A DNA stretch of 64,000 nucleotides. It comes from Phoronis australis (lineage: Eukaryota; Animalia; Phoronida). Shown one piece after another: positions 10,901 to 22,700 of this stretch. The stretch spans positions 58,792-122,791 of the forward strand of contig NMRA01000825.1 of assembly GCA_002633005.1 (NCBI GenBank), read 5' to 3'. Position 1 is the first letter of the stretch, and each line of letters opens with the position of its first letter. Under the pieces are notes generated by a model. The model saw only the letters and a program-made list of their open reading frames with translations, had not been told where the DNA came from and searched no databases. Position numbers and translations under genes: made by a program.

Positions 10901-13584
10901 TGTTCAACTGTATAAGAGAAAACAGAGTGCCATTATCACAATTAAGCCTATCCAATACATCACAACTTCTTAACACAGCATTAACAGACATACTATGTAC
11001 CCTAGAACATTACCCAGTGTTCCCCTCAACCTCGACAACCCACTAACAAATTTGGATATTGTTGCATCAAGTTTTTTGTAAACTATCAAATTGCGTTTTA
11101 ATATGTGAAAAGTAATAAATAACACAATGGTATATGAATAACCTGTGGTTGACTTATTTTCTCCAAAAAAAAAAACGCTGTAGCTCTGCACTACCAATAA
11201 ATAACGCTGTAGCTCTACATTACCAATAAATAACGCTGTAGCTCTACATTACCAATAAATAATGCTGTAGTTCTACATTACCAATAACTTGCTGCATGTC
11301 ATGTGTACAGTTTATTAAATCAGGAAAACGGACACTTTCACAAAGATTGAGAAACCAATTGAACATGTCCCCTGCAAAACTACAATCGATTTATTCATGG
11401 CCAGCCTGTAAAATGAGATGATTGTATTCCTCACTTTTGGTCATTATTAACCAAACATCAGAATCGTGGCATATGCTAGTGAAATATGGAAATTCCATAT
11501 GAAATCTCCAATTGCGAGAAAAAAGTGAGATTCTACAAATTTTGTCCACTTTTTTTCCAAACAGTTCTTCGTTCCGTTGCCCAAATCAGCAACTGGCCAT
11601 TTTTACACTGTTCACGTCTGGAGATACGACACTTGGTTGCAGGAGTATTTGTGCTCAAGCTAGGAAGAGCCATCAACAGCCTCCTAAGGTGCAATTCTAT
11701 GTACAAAAGGTACTTATACCAACAATACTTTGATGGCTTAATCAGTGTAAGTCGTAATTCGCAGAAAAGCTTCTTCCTTATGGACATGGGATGAGCAACA
11801 AGGGACAGCATTTCACCATTTTCAATAAATATTTAAAATTGTGATCATTTGACCACTTTTCAATGAAATTCTCAGAAGTAATACTTTTTCACAAATTTAG
11901 AGCTTGAAAACAACTCCTTTTTTGCGGATTCTTGTCAGCGGATGCCAGCATACCAAGGCCACCATAAGAATAACAACCATTGGGATCGTAGCTCAGGCCC
12001 AGGATCACTGGGTCTTGGTCAGTTTGAACTTATGAAGAGCGACGCTCTGCAGAATGTGGGTATCGGTAGAATAGTTCAGTTTTTGGCCACCAGATGACCC
12101 CTTTCATTCAACATGAGGTTAAAATATTAAAGGGAACCGGGTAGAATAATTTTCATGTATTCTTGAAACGACAACAATGCGAGGAATCGCACGATACAAA
12201 ACTTGTGTGCCCAAGACAATGTCGTCATATTGCAAACAACTGCCATGAAACTGTCCCGATGCAGTGAAACTCTCATGATTCGAGAACCTGCTTCTACTCT
12301 CTCTAGTAGTCTAGTTCTAATCTAAGCCTACAGAACTGTCGAACGCAAGTGTTAACCACAGGCGTCATCAGCTTCTGATCATCCCCAATACATTACATGT
12401 AATACTACAAGGTACGACACTCGGGACAAGGAATTCCACGGGTGCTTAACTTCAACCGTCCATATCAAATACAAAACTCAATAAATTTACACAAAACAGA
12501 ATTTCAACAAACCATTAGCACTTGTTCTTTCTTCTACCATTCACAGTGTCCTGCTCCAGCGAGATCGCAACAAATTCGCAGTCAAAGCATAAAAATGTTC
12601 CCAAAAAGCCCACACATCAGTTGACCTTTGATGGTTCAAGGTCAAGGGACGGTACGGCAATTACCGATTTGTCACGGAAGGTTATGAAATCGTCTGGCTA
12701 AGTGCGGAAAATTTGAAAAACACAGAATTAGAAGTTGGGTTCATCAGTGCCCGTTTTTATATGATCTATTATCATACTAGACAGTGATACTTTGATAAAC
12801 TTTAATATAATGTCCTCGCAACTCATAGGCATGAAGTCAGGGATTTGTTTACAGTAGTCGTAGTTTTTCTCCTGGCGGCTAAGTGTGGAGTTATCGATGT
12901 CGTGACACTCCATGAGAAATCGGCACTTACCGTACCGTCCCTTGACCCCTTCACCTTAACCTATCAAAGGAGGACTGATGCATGGACTTTTTAGGAACAT
13001 TTTTGTGCTTTGACCATGAATTTGTTGCGATCTCGTTGGAGCAAGACACAGTGAATGGTATTAGAAGAACAATATGGTTTGTTGAAACCCTGTTTTTGTG
13101 TAAATTTATTGAGTTTTGTGTTTGATATGGGCGTCTGAAGTGAAGCAGCCGTGGAATTACTTGTCCCGAGTGTCACACCTTAGTATACATAGTGTATTGG
13201 GGACGTTCAGAAGCTGAGGACGCTAGTGACTGGTGTAAACTAGCCAAGCGAACAAGAACCAATCTAGCGAGGGTCGTAAAACGGACATGAAGGGCCCCGA
13301 TAAAATTACTGATACGATTTCACGACTGACATTCACTGAAATTACAGTTTGTATCAGTAAAACCGGAGGTAGCATTTGCTGGAATATTGAATTTCACGGA
13401 GGCAGACATGACCGAATTAGAAGAACAGCACGCATTAAATCTGAGGCATCCCGGGTGTAAGGACATTATTTTTACAATTCATCGAGAAAAATCAAAACCA
13501 CATTCTATAAGTATGATTTAGAGGCATTTATTACAAAATTGAGTCCAGGATAAACGGCAACATTCCACAATATATTACCTTCAT
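4949..13584 (-). CDS. RPS6: 40S ribosomal protein S6 (eS6), 5 coding exons, 246 aa
   Basis: Exons 13584-13579 (MK), 10907-10776 ([13 protein letters not shown]...DEWK), 9215-9005 ([21 protein letters not shown]...), 7988-7839 ([10 protein letters not shown]...[15 protein letters not shown]), 5190-4949 ([16 protein letters not shown]...RESTSKK*). All introns are GT-AG and the phases join to a 741-nt open frame. The sequence is unmistakably eS6. Confidence 0.98.
6025..6561. mobile_element. MITE in RPS6 intron 4
   Basis: About 45-bp imperfect TIRs AGGGCTGTTTCAGCAAAATCTGT...GGGGAAGGCA / TGCCTTCCCC...ACAGATTTTACTGGAACAGCCCT, plus internal GGGTGGT sub-repeats. Confidence 0.7.
6457..7523. repeat. 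About 490-bp near-identical direct duplication across a single-N join
   Basis: 6457-6948 matches 7021-7523; they are separated by n (6949) and a roughly 70-bp HINE terminus. Confidence 0.85.
6950..7024 (-). mobile_element. Terminal fragment of HINE family 1
   Basis: The reverse complement matches the start of the 40523 element (TTTTATGCGCCCACATATTTATATGTGGACGCATTATGCCGTCATCTCTGTC) followed by (GTCC)n. Confidence 0.75.
9820..10075. repeat. Dispersed repeat, with an inverted copy at about 37035-37280
   Basis: GACAAAAACGGAAAGATTTTTCAGGTGATGTATCGTTCCACAAATA aligns with the reverse complement of about 37225-37278. Confidence 0.65.
10432..10495. repeat. 21-bp tandem repeat x3
   Basis: Unit AACCCCAACCTTTAAAACACA. 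Confidence 0.8.
10558..10726. repeat. 57-bp minisatellite x3 next to the RPS6 exon 2 donor
   Basis: Unit GGTTACAGTACTTGTAACAAACCAACACCCTGTAT...CTGGCTGACC, period 57. Confidence 0.9.
11174..11288. repeat. 29-bp minisatellite x4
   Basis: Unit AACGCTGTAGCTCTACATTACCAATAAAT. Confidence 0.9.
12362..13223. repeat. Long inverted repeat (about 310-bp arms, about 240-bp spacer) in RPS6 intron 1
   Basis: 12362-12672 aligns with the reverse complement of 12915-13223 (e.g. ACAAAACTCAATAAATTTACACAAAA, GAGATCGCAACAAATTC, GGTCAAGGGACGGTACGG). Confidence 0.9.
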
Positions 13585-13732
13585 TTTCGACGATGTCGAA
13601 CTACTACCGGAAGGACATTAAAAGAGGAAGTCTCTCGAGATGTCACGAGATTTCATGCGGCGCGAGTGTTTGAGAGGCTGAACAACTAAACAGTGTTTGT
13701 ATATCGTTTGATGATTAATTTGTGACCACGTT
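13585..13732. promoter_or_regulatory. Compact bidirectional promoter shared by RPS6 and SFI1, with a TCT/5'TOP initiator for RPS6
   Basis: Minus-strand CTTCCTCTTTT (13630-13620) lies about 40 nt upstream of the RPS6 ATG. ETS/GABP-like CCGGAAG is at 13607-13613 and a TCTCGCGAGA-like element (TCTCTCGAGA) at 13631-13640. Divergent ATGs are at 13584 and 13733. Confidence 0.8.
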
Positions 13733-16700
13733 ATGGCCAATTCCAAGAAAAGGGTAACCATACAGCATGCTGTGAATAAGGCCCAACGTTTTGAGTCTTC
13801 GAAAGACGCAGCTAATGTAAATGCAAACACAAAAAGAGCAATTTTGCACGAACTGAATTCGCAACTTCGTGTTCGGGCTGAAAAATTGAAACTGGAAAGC
13901 AGGAATATTATAGACCAAGTTGTTTCGCCAAAAGTACAGGAAAAGACAGTTGGTGAAACAGACATCAGGTAAACATGTTATAGTCGGATTTGCAACTTTC
14001 TTGTAGTTTCTGTGTCAGCAAAATGATTAACTAACGCTATTGCTGCCGCCAATTGCGCCCTCTACCGGCTGGTAAAAAAGTTCGGTGACTGGGACTTGAA
14101 ACCAGCCTCCCATTCAGTAACGCAAGAGTTTGCGAGATTACATGAGATGTTACCGTGTTCTTAAATGAGAACGCATGACTTTGGCTCCTAGCGCTACTAC
14201 TAAACGCACACCGCCGGGCGTGTGTTCAGTACTAACGTCAGTAGCGCTATAGGACCTACCCTAGGACCTAGCTAAAATCTAGCCAAAGTCATGTGTTCTC
14301 ATTTAAAATATCTTAAGTAATCTGGTCTTGTTTGAGCTGAGCGTCTTAACCATTCAGCCAAGAGGCAATTGCCGCTATCAATTTGTCACTGCTTATTCAC
14401 ACTTGTTGATCACTAACTGCTACCCTGTGATTAGGCAACTACACCGCCTGTGGACGCCCTCATAAAATTTACTGTAAATTTCAAAGTACAGCAAATAACA
14501 TCAAATGAAGCGTGCTTACAGATTGAGTTATGAAATAACTGGAGTCAATTTACAGTCAACATTATTTGAAGATATCCATGAAAATCTGTCAAGGTTCACT
14601 CGAGCTTCCTCGACAGCTGCCAATTTTTAGGAAGTTATGCAAAATGATTTTAGTTCATGAACAAAAAGTCCAAGGGACACAAATCTTCCCATGCTGCTGT
14701 TGCAGTTGTTACTTATAGCCTCTCGGTCACACGCTACGCTTATAGTTAATTGTGGCCTAACTCATGTGATGTCACTTGTTATTACCTCTAAGTCACGCTC
14801 GACGCTTAGAGTTGTGACCTAATTCACGTGATGTCAATTGTTATTGCCTCTAGGTCACGTGCTGGGCTTATAGTTGTGACCTAACTCAGGTGATATCATT
14901 TGTCAGTGCCTTTAGGTGACGCGCTATGCTTATAGGTGTGGCCTAACTCACATATTTTCAAATGAAATACGATCATCGCACGCAATGAAAAAGTTAAGGG
15001 CGACCAAAAAAATGGAACTGAAGTTCTTCACCAAGGTCACCTGACTATAATCCCAGTAGACATGCTAAATATCAAGCTATGCGTAGAACCAGATCGTTAA
15101 GTAAGCACGTTTTTAAGTGACAATTTTAGGTATAAAGTGTATTTCTGATGAGGTTAACGGATTTAGGCTACTGCTCGTTTAGAATACATGGGGATGAGAT
15201 TACTACAGAGACCGATGGGAGTATTGTAGCCTATTGTCAGCCAGCCGAGGGCTACATGTTGCCTACCCTGTGATTTTCGGAAAAAATGAATTGTGAATCG
15301 TTTTACTAGTATCCCAAACGTGAGCCGAAACAAGGATTTTCAAAAATCACACTGTGGGAGAGGGCTCTGATGTGTTCTAGTTCTGTTTAATCAGAACTCC
15401 CATTTCATGCTGTAGTGTAACGCGTAACATATCTCCTCTTAGTCGCCCTGATAATGTTCCTTTGTCAAGAATACCCAAGCCATCGGCGAGACAGCGGCGG
15501 CGGGCTACACGACAAGTGAGCAACTATAGACCTGGATACACATGGAACAGGGGTGGACGGCTGAAGGAGATCAGAATCAGGTAGTTACGTCCACAGCAAA
15601 AATTGTTCAATTTAGCATGTTGTCAGTCACAGAAATTACCAATGTGGAAAGACACCCTTTGAGGTTGACAGTGTCTTTAAACACTGTCAACCTATGTTGA
15701 TACAAAAATTAAAAATTCTTCCAACTTTCATGAGCAAATGGTCTGGCAGTCACAGGTTTTTTCAGCATGTTCCTTAATTCACTATCAAATTAAGTGTGCC
15801 TGGGATCACATGGAAACTTTTGTAGAGGAAACTCATCTCCCACCCAAAGAAAGAGAAAAGTATAATTATAAATTTGTAAATTCTAGCTAGAAGTTTGAGC
15901 TATTACTGATTCTGGATTATTTCAGGTACTTAGCTAGAAAATACCTTCAGTTGTGGTCGAGTCAAGTGTTTGGCCGAGTCTTGCCGTCCACAGCACAGTA
16001 AGTACAATTTCTTTGCTGTCACCTACACGGTGTAACAGTTGGACGAATTTGGATGTTATGAATTTGCATTGAGAATGCGCGTTCAAGAATATCACAAAGT
16101 CTTACCAACTTTGGCAAAAACAGATCCCAGAGTTCCCCTTTTTGTGTGCCCTCATGTGGGTGCATATGATTTCGGTTGCTATTGTGAAATGCCCGCAATT
16201 ATTTAAAATCATGATATTTGGTGGTAGCCGTGGTGCTGAAGTTGAAGATGGCAAATCTTCATGTGAAGTTGCAAGTTCACTTCTCCACCATACTGTGTTC
16301 TAAACTCGCAAGATTTCACTGCCTAATCGTAAATGTTATTCCACAGATTTTGATAAAATTTTTGGGTGAGGTTGGACTAACACCATTGATTAAGTCTTTT
16401 ATGACCCTAGCTGTGTAAGCCATGCAGAACAATACGTGGATGTCATCAGATGAACATCGATTTCTAAATAAAAAATAATAATCTGTCTATTTAATTTTAT
16501 TTCCTTCATAATATTTGCCATTTTCTCGATGAAAGAACATGATGGACCAAGTGTCGTTTCTTTATTGTAAAAACCAATTAGCTGCGTTTTCTCAAACATT
16601 GTAAAGGTCAGGTTAAAACCCATGACTTAGTTGAGGTGGATTGTGACATGTGCACTTTTAGGTAAAAGTCACCCATTCCCGAGACCATCATACTCTACCT

Positions 16701-19700
16701 GAAAATTGACCAATCACCTGGCTTGCATTGAGAGAACTTTCAGTTTGCAATCAATGTGATTGGTCATCATTTTGTCATGTCTCGAGTAAAATTTTGCGGT
16801 TGTTGGCTGGCTCAAATGTAGTCTTTGTGGTAAGAGCTTAAAAAGGCAAACTAGACCTGCTGTTCTAAGCATGTAGTCTTTGTGCCAAGAGCTTAAAAAG
16901 GCAAACTAGACCTGCTGTTCTAGGCATGTAGTCTTTGTGCCAAGAGCTTAAAAAGGCAAACTAGACCTAACTGTTCTAGGCATGTAGTCTTTGTGCCAAG
17001 AGCTTAAAAAGGCAAACTAGACGTACTGTTCTGGGCATGTAGTCTTTGTGGCAAGAGCTTAAAAAGGCAAACCTGACCTACTGTTTTAGACATGTTTCTT
17101 AACGTCATCCGTATGTGGTCTGAGTTTACAGAATTGCACTGAATTTGCACCTGGAAATAAATTTCCTGTCTTCTCTTGCTTTCAGACTCCACCACAAGAT
17201 ACACCTCAAGTCAAAGTATTTCTCTGAATGGCACGACCTCTGGTGGACAATGCGTAAAGAATGGCGACTGAATGTGCGGGCGGAGTGTCACAATAGGTTT
17301 ATATTTAGACTGAATGGTCCTTTGTTTAGATTCAATCGACTGAAAGCTATTAACCTCATCAATGAGTCATTCCACCTATTCCATCTATCTACAATGTTGA
17401 ATAGAACTCTGTCAATAGAAGTGCTATGTATTATTTAAAGGTACAGAACCGGTAGTATTTTATATTTGATTAAATCATGTGACCATGTCTTTTTGTTTCC
17501 ATTTCTAATTTATATTTCATATTTCATACTGGACATAAAGGAGTTTTGGTTCATAGCGCTGTGAACAAACCAGATTTTTTATTTACGGTTGTCCATCTCT
17601 TACTTAGCACACAATGTTGTTATTACATAAATGGAATTTGTGTTCAAATTACTCAGTATCAATACGGGTTATCAGAAAATTTTACGTTTTAGAAAGCGTA
17701 GTCAGGCTTTAAAAATAGATTTATTAGTTGTAACTATTTGTTTCTTGATAGTTTGGGTTTCAATTCCTTTTATTAAGGCTCGGTTTTTGTAATTGACACA
17801 AAAAGATAACGTACTCACTAATAATCACTGGTTGACATCAAGTGAACTCAAGTTGGCTGTGGGGTTCTTATCCATTTAGAGTTTGTGTAGGTCTGTGTGT
17901 TTGTGTAAGTCTGTGTTTTTGTTTGTCATAGGTACCGCCTATGGAACCTAGTTTGGCGCCAGTGGAGAGTGTTTACAGTTGATTCCAAGGTCAAGGCTGC
18001 GAAAAAGCGATTAGCAGGGCGGTATGGTACGTCTTACCATTTCTTCTGTTGACCATGTACAACATTATCTTGGTCATCTTAGATGTAGAAAAGGCGATCC
18101 CAAATGGTCTGATATCGTTTGTAATGCTTCAAACATTGGTAGGTGACATATTCATACCCATTGCATGGAGCACGTGAGCAAAACTCACAACAGCCCTGTT
18201 ACCGGTCAACAGGTTCTTCGTGGAAGAAGTTTTCAAGACAATGCTTTTCATTTGTTGGCATGTAGTGTGTGTTGTAGGCATTTGATGGTGCTATCTAGGT
18301 GCTTGTTCCTTAGCCTGTGACAAGAATCTAATGTGTGTTAACGTCAGTCATAGGATGGCTGTTTAATAGGTTTTTGGTACTGTTTAACATAATTATGTCA
18401 TTCGTTCAGTCTGTTTTAAGTATAAATGAGATGGCGCGATAGCTAAGACAAAGAAGTCTGCAACTTTGAACTGAGATGTGTCTCAGTTTGACATGCCTGA
18501 ACTATTGCCTATCAGCTCTGTAATTGTGGCAAACTAGCTCATTTAGCATAAAGTTGTATTTCATTTTTATCTCTTCTGACCAATTTTATTAGTACTCATT
18601 AGCCTGGAATGTGCAGTGGCAACCCCTGTTTTACCTCATAATCATTTCGGACTGATTTTAATAAATAAAATGTTTGCCTTCAATGAAAGCTTGCTGTGAG
18701 CAAAAAGGTGATTTGAGACTTTATGACTTTAAAGTTGTAAAATTTCATGTCACGTTTGAGTAATTTTTTGGCAATTCCGTTTGATTTGATGGCTCATTTT
18801 TTTGGGTCAAGAAATTTTAAAATTGGTAGTCACAGGCAGTGAGTTGTGTTCGTTACATTCAAGAAACATGCAATGTAAGATAACGATGTTAAATATAGAG
18901 ATATCACATGCAATGTAAGATAACGATGTTAAATATAGAGATATCACATGCAATGTAAGATAACGATGTTAAATATAGAGATATCACATGCAATGTAAGA
19001 TAACGATGTTAAATATAGATATCACATGCAATGTAAGATAACGATGTTAAATATAGAGATATCACATGCACTGTAAGATAACGATGTTAAATATAGAGAT
19101 ATCACATGCAATGTAAGATAACGATGTTAAATATAGAGATATCACAATGCATTAGATCACAATGCATTAGAAGTATGGCACATGATCACACTAGCTTTAG
19201 TGTGTTTGGTGTACGAAGCACAGTCCTGCTCTGGTGCCTGTCTGTTTAGCTGGTGTGTTATGTAAACTATGTAAGAGTAGTCTCTCACTTACTGCTGAAT
19301 ATAAAATTTTGACAACAGTTTATCCAACTAAAGTCCCATGTTAGTGCCAAATAAGGCTAGCTTTAAGGTCAAAGTTGAAAGTTAACAAAGGTATACATTA
19401 GAAATAAACTGAAAGAAGGACCCAGAATTCCCTCGACCCTGTCATGACAACTGATTGGAAAGCAAAATTCCCATTCCCGACAGCTCAGTACATTTGAAAT
19501 TCACCACCGGAGTGTTTGGAATAATGAAGGAAATAAAAATTTGTGTGACTGATTATTTTTGGCATGCGCAGTTACAGCTCAGAATTCACGAGTTAGCTTT
19601 TTATGGCGGTTTTCTGTCTATGAATTAGTACAATATATACTTATGATACCATGTTGCAGCTGCCAGAAAGAGGCTGTCCAAAATCTGGTCTGCATGGACG

Positions 19701-22700
19701 CAGTATACAGAAATGAGACAACGGAAAAGAGAGGCTAACAGAAGAGCTATGTGTTTGGCAACCACAAACACAACCAGGTAGACTAGACTGTACAGCAGCA
19801 TGTTATGATTTCTATTTTCAGGTAGCAATAAAATAGTAAACAAAGTTGCAGCTTCCTTTAGAACAGGGAAGTGACCACAAAGTTGACAATGGTTATGATG
19901 GACCTTTGAGATTTTGAGTCGGCTTCATGCTTTCTTGTCATTTCTTAGAAATTTTAAGGTTTAATCGCATTGTTTTCCATTTTAAAGTTCATATATTGAT
20001 GGTTCAAGTACTATGCTATGATGTGTGATTTAGTCAATTAGATTTGGACTACATCAAGATAGTTCAATACAGTTCTACTGGTCAAAGTATCCAATTTGTT
20101 TAACTAGAACCCTTTACAATTTTGATTATTTCTTGACAAAATCCATACAGGTGTTGTCCCATTCTCATTCTTGACTTTGTGTCGTACTTTGGAAGTCCAT
20201 TTGCTAAAAAAGTGTAAGCAGCATTAAATGTCTCATTCATCTTTGACTAAATTTCACCAAAATTGCTATTTCATCATGGCATAACTTTGATTGTTTTATG
20301 ATTTTGGCAAGAAGTTTGTGGAGTTTGTCAGAGTGTGACACTGTTCTTTCTATATTGCTTCAAAAACTACATGTTTTATTTCGGTATTTATTTGAGTGGC
20401 GACACCTGAAGTTGCTGTTTCACCCTATTTATGAGTAGTAGTGATTCGTTCTAGGAGGGCGTGGTCACGGTGGAAAGATTGTTGGCATTCATCCCAAGAC
20501 AGGAAACGAAAAGAAGCCTCTGTTTCAATTCAATACCAAAAGAAGGTTATTGCGAAGGTGCCTATTGTCTCACCCTGTATTTACATACTAACAGTGTGTC
20601 CCACCCTGTATGTATGTACTAACAGTGTGTCTCACCCTGTATTTACGTACTAACAGTGTGTCTCACCCTGTATGTATGTACTAACAGTGTGTCCCACCCT
20701 GTATGTATGTACTAACAGTGTGTATCACCCTGTATTCATGTACTAACAGTGTGTATCACCCTGTATTCATGTACTAACAGTGTGTCTCACCCTGTATTCA
20801 TGTACTAACAGTGTGTCTCACCCTGTATTTATGTACTAACAGTGTGTCTCACCTTGTATTTATGTACTAACAGTGTGTCCCACCCTGTATTCATGTACTA
20901 ACAGTGTGTCTCACCCTGTATTTATGCACTAACAGTGTGTCTCACCCTGTATTTATGTACTAACAGTGTGTCCCCACCCTGTATTTACGTACTAACAGTG
21001 TGTCTCACCCTGTATATGTACTAGCAGTGTCTTGGAAACTTAACTAGAAAGTTACAAGTAGACAAGTAGTGTGAATTTCTTTGACAGATTCTGTGCCAAA
21101 ATATCTTTTCTCTCAGGCACTCCCATTTTTTTGCTGTTGGTGATTGGACTCCAGTATTAATCTTGTACTAAGAACTTAATGATGCATAATGTTATTTTTT
21201 GTTTGGCTCAAATTTCCAAAATGTCTCATGTCAGCATGGATATAGTCATTCACCTACTGTAGGTATGTGAAGATTGGTGTTAGTGTCTGGGGAACAAATG
21301 AATAGTTGCACAACATAAGTTAGATTATTTTATATTTTTGTCTCCTGTGGTAAGATGGTTAGGGAGAAATTTTCTTGGTGAGAAAAAAAAATACCACAAC
21401 GTAGTTTTATCAAGTTCTAATTCTCAAATTTTCACTTCTGCATGTCTATTAAAATTGTCCATATACATTAAAATTAGTGTTATATATTAATTACAAACAG
21501 GTGTGGCACCATTGGAAGGTTGGTCTCTGGAAGAGTGTGTGTGCCCGCCAACTTTACCAGCGGGTGATCGTTAACAGGTGTTACCTCACCTGGGCCAATT
21601 ATGTCGAGACAAGGAGAGACAAACTGAGGGCCAAAGGTGAGTGGGAACTGCACAAGTCATTTATACAAAAATGGGATTGATGGATCATGGAGATGCATAA
21701 CCCTTTTCAATGTTTCAGATAAACGGTATTTGTTAGGTCAACAGCCAACCTCAACTGGTAACCCGCGATCGCTACGCCCCCAAGTTGATCATTCGGGTAA
21801 AGCCAACCTAAACTTTAAAAAAAATTGACTTTGAACATCCGTAGCTGGACTGTTTCATGAACATCCATAGCTGGACTGTGTTTCATGAACATCCATAGCT
21901 GGACTGTGTTTCATGAACATCCATAGCTGGACTGTGTTGCATGAACATCCATAGCTGGACTGTGTTTCATGAACATCCATAGCTGGACTGTGTTTCATGA
22001 AAAGTGACTTAAGACAAAAATTTGGTCTTACACTCCACTTAGCTATTTCTGAAAAATAATTTAATTTCACTGGAGCACAAATGCAAAGAATAACATATTA
22101 TTGCTAATTTCTGAAGTAGTTTCTGTTAATTATTATACTCTGTCTGTGATGTACTCATACTTACAGGCCCTTGGAGTTTGAGCAATAATTTATAAACATC
22201 CCGGTCATCAAACGAGTTTGTGTGTGGCATATTTTAGAATCGCTTTTTGTCAATATTTTTCCAAAATGTTTGTCATGAGGCTGAGCCGAAGTTTTCCCAA
22301 TATTACATTATGCTCAGAATATAAAGTAAGTCTTTGTATTTTAATAACATTTTGTTTGTAAATTTTGTCCAATCTTTATGCAGCTCATGCAACAAGAGTT
22401 TTCGAGGACACAGTCAAGTTAAAATACCTTCGAGCTTGGAGGGAGAAATGCCGATTAAAGCAGGCTGTTGCCGCGCACGAGGGTCACATGATTCAGCTGG
22501 CCAATCAGGTGAAGAAGAGAAGGCTACTCACTCACTGGAAACACTGTATCCTCTTGTTTATTTGTGGTATAATGATACAACACTAATATAATGATACAAC
22601 ACTAATATAATGTAGATGTAAAAAGTCACTTACTTAGAGACGTGGTTGGTTGTTAGCAGACGTTTCGACCTGGTCCGCCAGGTCTTTGAGGGATTTCCCG

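Noticed and set aside
11486-11811. Overlapping ORFs in RPS6 intron 1 as a nested gene or transposase
   Set aside because: No recognisable motif or splice structure; possibly decayed TE sequence but unsupported.
11925-12115. GC-richer hairpin-containing stretch as a C/D snoRNA or scaRNA
   Set aside because: A CTGA is present, but there is no convincing C box or recognisable rRNA/snRNA antisense element.
12340-13240. CTGATGA / CTGAGGA at the outer ends of the RPS6 intron 1 inverted repeat as hammerhead cores
   Set aside because: No properly placed GAAA or stem III/cleavage triplet follows either box.
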